A program made the translations under genes and the position numbers. DNA of 64,000 nt from positions 1,507-65,506 of the forward strand of contig JBDRJD010000034.1 in NCBI GenBank assembly GCA_043815245.1, in the 5' to 3' direction. Each line of letters opens with the position of its first letter. The stretch's first letter is position 1. Shown piece after piece: positions 61,035 through 64,000 of the stretch. The stretch comes from an archaeon. GTDB taxonomy: Archaea > Nanobdellota > Nanobdellia > Pacearchaeales > GW2011-AR1. Under the pieces are notes generated by a model that ran no database searches, was not told where the DNA came from, and was given only the letters and a program-made list of their open reading frames with translations.

Positions 61035-62758
61035 CCATAGGTTAATCTGAATTTTCCAAGTGCCCACTTTTCAGGATTTGCACCTTTTTCATTGTCTACT
61101 ATCCCTATTGCGTGTGTGTCTGATATTATTATTGGGGGGCTACGAGGCATCCACTGAGAATCACGCAGTTTATTACGTTCACTAGTATGTATTTCAAATA
61201 TGGGTTGTTGGTTTCCATGGGTGTCAGATACCCCTAGAATATATGTCTCTCTTCCTTGCCAAAACTTTGCAGTATGGAATGTAAACATTTTACTGTCTGT
61301 AGACCATTGAGGGCGGTATGAGAAAAAAGTTCCACGAACCCATCCTGCACTTCTTCTCATACATGTTGTGGAGTCATAATACTCTAGTTCTTCTCTTTTC
61401 TTTATATCCTTTATAAACAGAATCTTTTTTCCATCTGGTGAGGTGTTTGCAAAACTCGTTCCATTTTCACCACTTATTTTACATCCGCGAAAGTATGTTC
61501 CATCAGCTCTTTTTTCAACTTGACCAGGGAGTATATCTGGAAAATGTATGTCTGTTGATTCAATTTCTTTAATTTCTCCTGTGCTTAGGTTAATTTCATG
61601 AATCTGAGAGCCCTGATACATTAACACGTTGTTTTTATCTTTAAATCTTGTAGGCATCTCTATAGCCCCCCTGTCTGTCACGCCTATTCGTGGGGTGTAC
61701 TTAACCCTAACTAACTCTTTATTCTTAAAGTCAGCACTCGTGACTCTCAAGTACCCTGCAGGCATTGTTGCCTCTACTGAAAGAATCCTATTAGTAGAAG
61801 GGTCAAAATCGCACAAGTGGGGAACTTGTGCTCTATCATCAACTTCTTCTAAAATCATGCCAGTAGGCAGTCCTCCTACTTTTATCCCGAGCTTTCCAAG
61901 CTCTTTCGAGTATTTTTGGAGAGTTTCTGCAGAACCTATTGGGACTAGGACTTCTAAATGAGAACGCCTGCTTCCAAGAGAGTCAAGTGAAGGAGTAAAC
62001 TTATCAGTGTTAGTTGTTATTTTTGCAATTGCTAAATAATTTTCTGATGCTGTGGGATAGCGCCGTATTTTGAAGCTTTCTGCAACTTTATTTCCAAGCG
62101 AGAAAGAGGCCATATCCTCTAAACCATTAATTTCATTGTTTGTAAGTGCAATGTAATTTTTTCCCAGTACTTTTTCAATTGCATCTTCGAGATTGTCTAT
62201 GCTTGGTTTTTCTTGAGAAGCCCGCCCTGATTCAGCTGAGGTTTGAGCAGTGCCTGCATAGGGTATTTGCGCGCGGGTAATTTGCCACATTAGTTCTGTT
62301 ACACTTTTTAGATATGGCTGTGAAAGCAGGTCTTCCCACACTGGCTTTCCAAGCTTGCCTACAGCTTTTCTTTTTTCTGAAACTTCTGCTTCTTTTAGTT
62401 CTGTTCCACTAGGCACGAATATATCTACTTTAGAAACAAGTTGCATAATTGTTTTTTCAGTTGGGTCTATTGGTGCGATGTTAATGTAAATATGGGTTCT
62501 GCTAATACCTGTTTGTACTAGAAAGTCAAGAGTATCATTTGTTGAACGCCCTGCACCTGTTGTTGGGCTTACTTTAAAAGTTTGTGCATAGGACCTTTCT
62601 GCATTGTGCGCTGTTTCAAGATGAGAGCCTTCAAAGGTATTCCCTTCTGCAGATACTGAAGGAGGCAGAACTAGATTTGCTCCCATTGCCCAGAGTCCCG
62701 TGCCCGCTGCAGCTACTGGAAAATCTCTGAATAACCACTGTCTTCTTGTGCTTCCCAT
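61031..62758 (-). CDS. Secreted protein with twin-arginine-like signal and C-terminal TolB/PD40-like beta-propeller repeats
   Basis: MGSTRRQWLFRDFPVAAAGTGLWAMGA (S-T-R-R-x-W-L). PD40-like TSPDGKKILFIKD and YRPQWSTDSKMFTF. Confidence 0.55.
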   Translation of the reverse strand: MGSTRRQWLFRDFPVAAAGTGLWAMGANLVLPPSVSAEGNTFEGSHLETAHNAERSYAQTFKVSPTTGAGRSTNDTLDFLVQTGISRTHIYINIAPIDPTEKTIMQLVSKVDIFVPSGTELKEAEVSEKRKAVGKLGKPVWEDLLSQPYLKSVTELMWQITRAQIPYAGTAQTSAESGRASQEKPSIDNLEDAIEKVLGKNYIALTNNEINGLEDMASFSLGNKVAESFKIRRYPTASENYLAIAKITTNTDKFTPSLDSLGSRRSHLEVLVPIGSAETLQKYSKELGKLGIKVGGLPTGMILEEVDDRAQVPHLCDFDPSTNRILSVEATMPAGYLRVTSADFKNKELVRVKYTPRIGVTDRGAIEMPTRFKDKNNVLMYQGSQIHEINLSTGEIKEIESTDIHFPDILPGQVEKRADGTYFRGCKISGENGTSFANTSPDGKKILFIKDIKKREELEYYDSTTCMRRSAGWVRGTFFSYRPQWSTDSKMFTFHTAKFWQGRETYILGVSDTHGNQQPIFEIHTSERNKLRDSQWMPRSPPIIISDTHAIGIVDNEKGANPEKWALGKFRLTYG

Positions 62759-62850
62759 TGTTTTTACTATATAGTAGTTATTTATAAACTTTACTATTTA
62801 AGTGTATTAGTTTACATTAAGTTTAAATTAGCTGGATTTTTATTATAAGT

Positions 62851-63237
62851 ATGCTTAGAAAAAGAGGTATGAGTGAGCTACTTGAAAGGATTTTATTTAT
62901 AGTGCTAAATATAATATTTTTCTCTATTGTTTTGCTGTTTGTGTCGGGGGCTTTTTCAGGTGCTTTGCTGTTAGAAAAAAGCTATGCTAAACAGTTTGCA
63001 CTGACGATTGATTCAGCGAGTGAGGGAAGTGAGTTTATAATTGATTTTTCTGAAGGATTAGAAATGGCAAAAAGCAGGGGAGTTAATCCGGAAGTTAGTG
63101 TAGACAATAAAAGAAATGTTGTTAAAGTAAAACTAGATAATGGAAAGGGATATGAGTATGATTTTTTTAATGATGTTGAAGTTGAGCTTGGATTTCAGGA
63201 TATGAGTATGGATAAAATTAAGATTGTTATAAAATGA
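62851..63237 (+). CDS. Prepilin-like protein
   Basis: MLRKRG-MSELLERILFIVLNIIFFSIVLLFV, followed by a ~90-aa beta-looking domain. Confidence 0.55.
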   Translation: MLRKRGMSELLERILFIVLNIIFFSIVLLFVSGAFSGALLLEKSYAKQFALTIDSASEGSEFIIDFSEGLEMAKSRGVNPEVSVDNKRNVVKVKLDNGKGYEYDFFNDVEVELGFQDMSMDKIKIVIK

Positions 63238-63650
63238 ATCGAAAGGGAACTAATTTAATGAGTGTATGGTGGTTTGTTGTGCTTATAGCTGTTACTTTTT
63301 TTATTAGTGCAAGTGTTGTGATGATTAGGGCTAAGGAAGTTGATGTAAGAACTTTGGAAGCTCAGATATTGAATAGTAAGATTTATGATTGTTTACAGGA
63401 AAAAGAGAAGCTAGATAACTTGATTTCAGATGATTTTGGGAGTTTGAACGAAGAATGTGGATTGAAGCTTGATAATGAATTCTATGTTTATATTAAAGTA
63501 AATGAAAAGGAGTTAAAATTTGGCAATCCGGATGCTGAAGTGGCGTGTCAGTTAGATGTGAAGAACAGGAAAAAACTTCCGCAGTGTTATTTAAGGGATG
63601 GAGATATTGAGATTTTAACTGCTGTGTTTAAGGTGGAGCAAAATGTTTAG
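63234..63650 (+). CDS. Prepilin-like protein
   Basis: MNRKG-TNLMSVWWFVVLIAVTFFISASVV. ATGA overlap with the upstream gene. Confidence 0.55.
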   Translation: MNRKGTNLMSVWWFVVLIAVTFFISASVVMIRAKEVDVRTLEAQILNSKIYDCLQEKEKLDNLISDDFGSLNEECGLKLDNEFYVYIKVNEKELKFGNPDAEVACQLDVKNRKKLPQCYLRDGDIEILTAVFKVEQNV

Positions 63651-64000
63651 GAAAGGTCAGATTGGGGCGCTGTTGACTTGGCTTCCTTCGTTAGTTATAA
63701 TCTTGATGGTGGGATTTATCTTACTTGCAGTTGTGTTGAGTATGGAGATTAAAGATTTGGATGCCAGTGAAGAGTTAAATGCAGGGGATTTGGCTTCAAG
63801 TAGTTTAGTGAGTTTTATGAATTCAGAAGTGCCTTTTCAGGAACAGGTTTGGAAGATGACTGATTTGATTGCTTATTGGGCTGTTTCAGAAGATGAAGAA
63901 GCTGCTAAAATTATTGAAAGTGAGGTCGAGCTGTTTTTTCCTGAAAGAGGGTTTGAACAGTACACTTTTCAAATTAATGGTAAGAATATGGGGTCTAGTT
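63643..64000 (+). CDS. Prepilin-like protein; 3-prime end cut by the window edge (not in the ORF track)
   Basis: ATG at 63643 overlaps the previous gene by 8 nt. MFRKG-QIGALLTWLPSLVIILMVGFILLAVVL is a textbook archaeal class III signal shape (KG then Q). The frame stays open to nt 64000. Confidence 0.6.
   Translation, partial: MFRKGQIGALLTWLPSLVIILMVGFILLAVVLSMEIKDLDASEELNAGDLASSSLVSFMNSEVPFQEQVWKMTDLIAYWAVSEDEEAAKIIESEVELFFPERGFEQYTFQINGKNMGSS

Noticed and set aside
61629-61961. 110-aa plus-strand ORF inside the Tat/propeller gene.
   Set aside because: Antisense shadow ORF within a 575-aa gene.
1-64000. Scanned by eye, not exhaustively, for tRNA, rRNA, CRISPR repeat-spacer arrays, transposases, integrases and long terminal or inverted repeats.
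   Set aside because: None found. The intergenic regions I examined are short and AT-rich with no tRNA-like T-arm (GGTTCGAATCC-like) sequence. No periodic 25-40-nt direct repeats, and no DDE or tyrosine-recombinase-like ORFs. An automated scan (tRNAscan-SE, Infernal/Rfam, a CRISPR finder) would be more reliable than reading by eye.

Overview
Gene-dense, AT-rich stretch of an archaeal chromosome (GC looks mid-30s % by eye; not computed). Archaeal hallmark genes are PolD DP1/DP2, TFS, archaeal-type TPI, a class IA aldolase, PGI/PMI, Dph6, a DRG-type GTPase, XPF/Hef and archaeal-type TyrRS and Cmk. Genes are short, many overlap by 4 nt (ATGA), GGAGG ribosome-binding sites are common, and there are many orphan membrane or secreted proteins. 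Bacterial-type enzymes are mixed in: type I GAPDH, ROK glucokinase, a PlsC-like acyltransferase and an SLT lytic transglycosylase. This fits a small-genome DPANN-like archaeon, which is an inference, not a proven assignment. Layout: (1) 1-7.3 kb holds the PolD replication genes, a SemiSWEET, TFS and PurF. (2) 7.8-17.8 kb is a glycan island with a GDE-like hydrolase, an MFS transporter, two GH130-like genes, a GT4 + LmbE pair, a frameshifted kinase-like gene, a GHMP kinase and a GT4/six-hairpin fusion. (3) 17.9-29.4 kb carries nearly all of upper and middle glycolysis (PGI/PMI, GAPDH, PGK, PfkB, aldolase, TPI, glucokinase), interspersed with trxB and membrane paralogs. (4) 29-51 kb is mixed housekeeping (TyrRS, DRG, Dph6, M16 peptidase, agmatinase, NUDIX, ThpR, a split Hef with cmk between its halves, CYTH, PRC-barrel, CsaA) plus many orphan membrane proteins. 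(5) 52.1-64 kb is the most interesting block. It is a type IV filament (pilus/archaellum-superfamily) locus with an oversized secretion ATPase, an oversized two-repeat platform protein, an RHH regulator with an operator-like repeat, and at least six proteins with class III (prepilin-like) N-termini. A membrane-anchored GH23/SLT lytic transglycosylase sits inside it, which is unexpected in an organism that should have no murein. Two genes (pgk and a kinase-like ORF) are each split by what looks like one extra base in a homopolymer run. I saw no rRNA, tRNA, CRISPR array, transposase or integrase.
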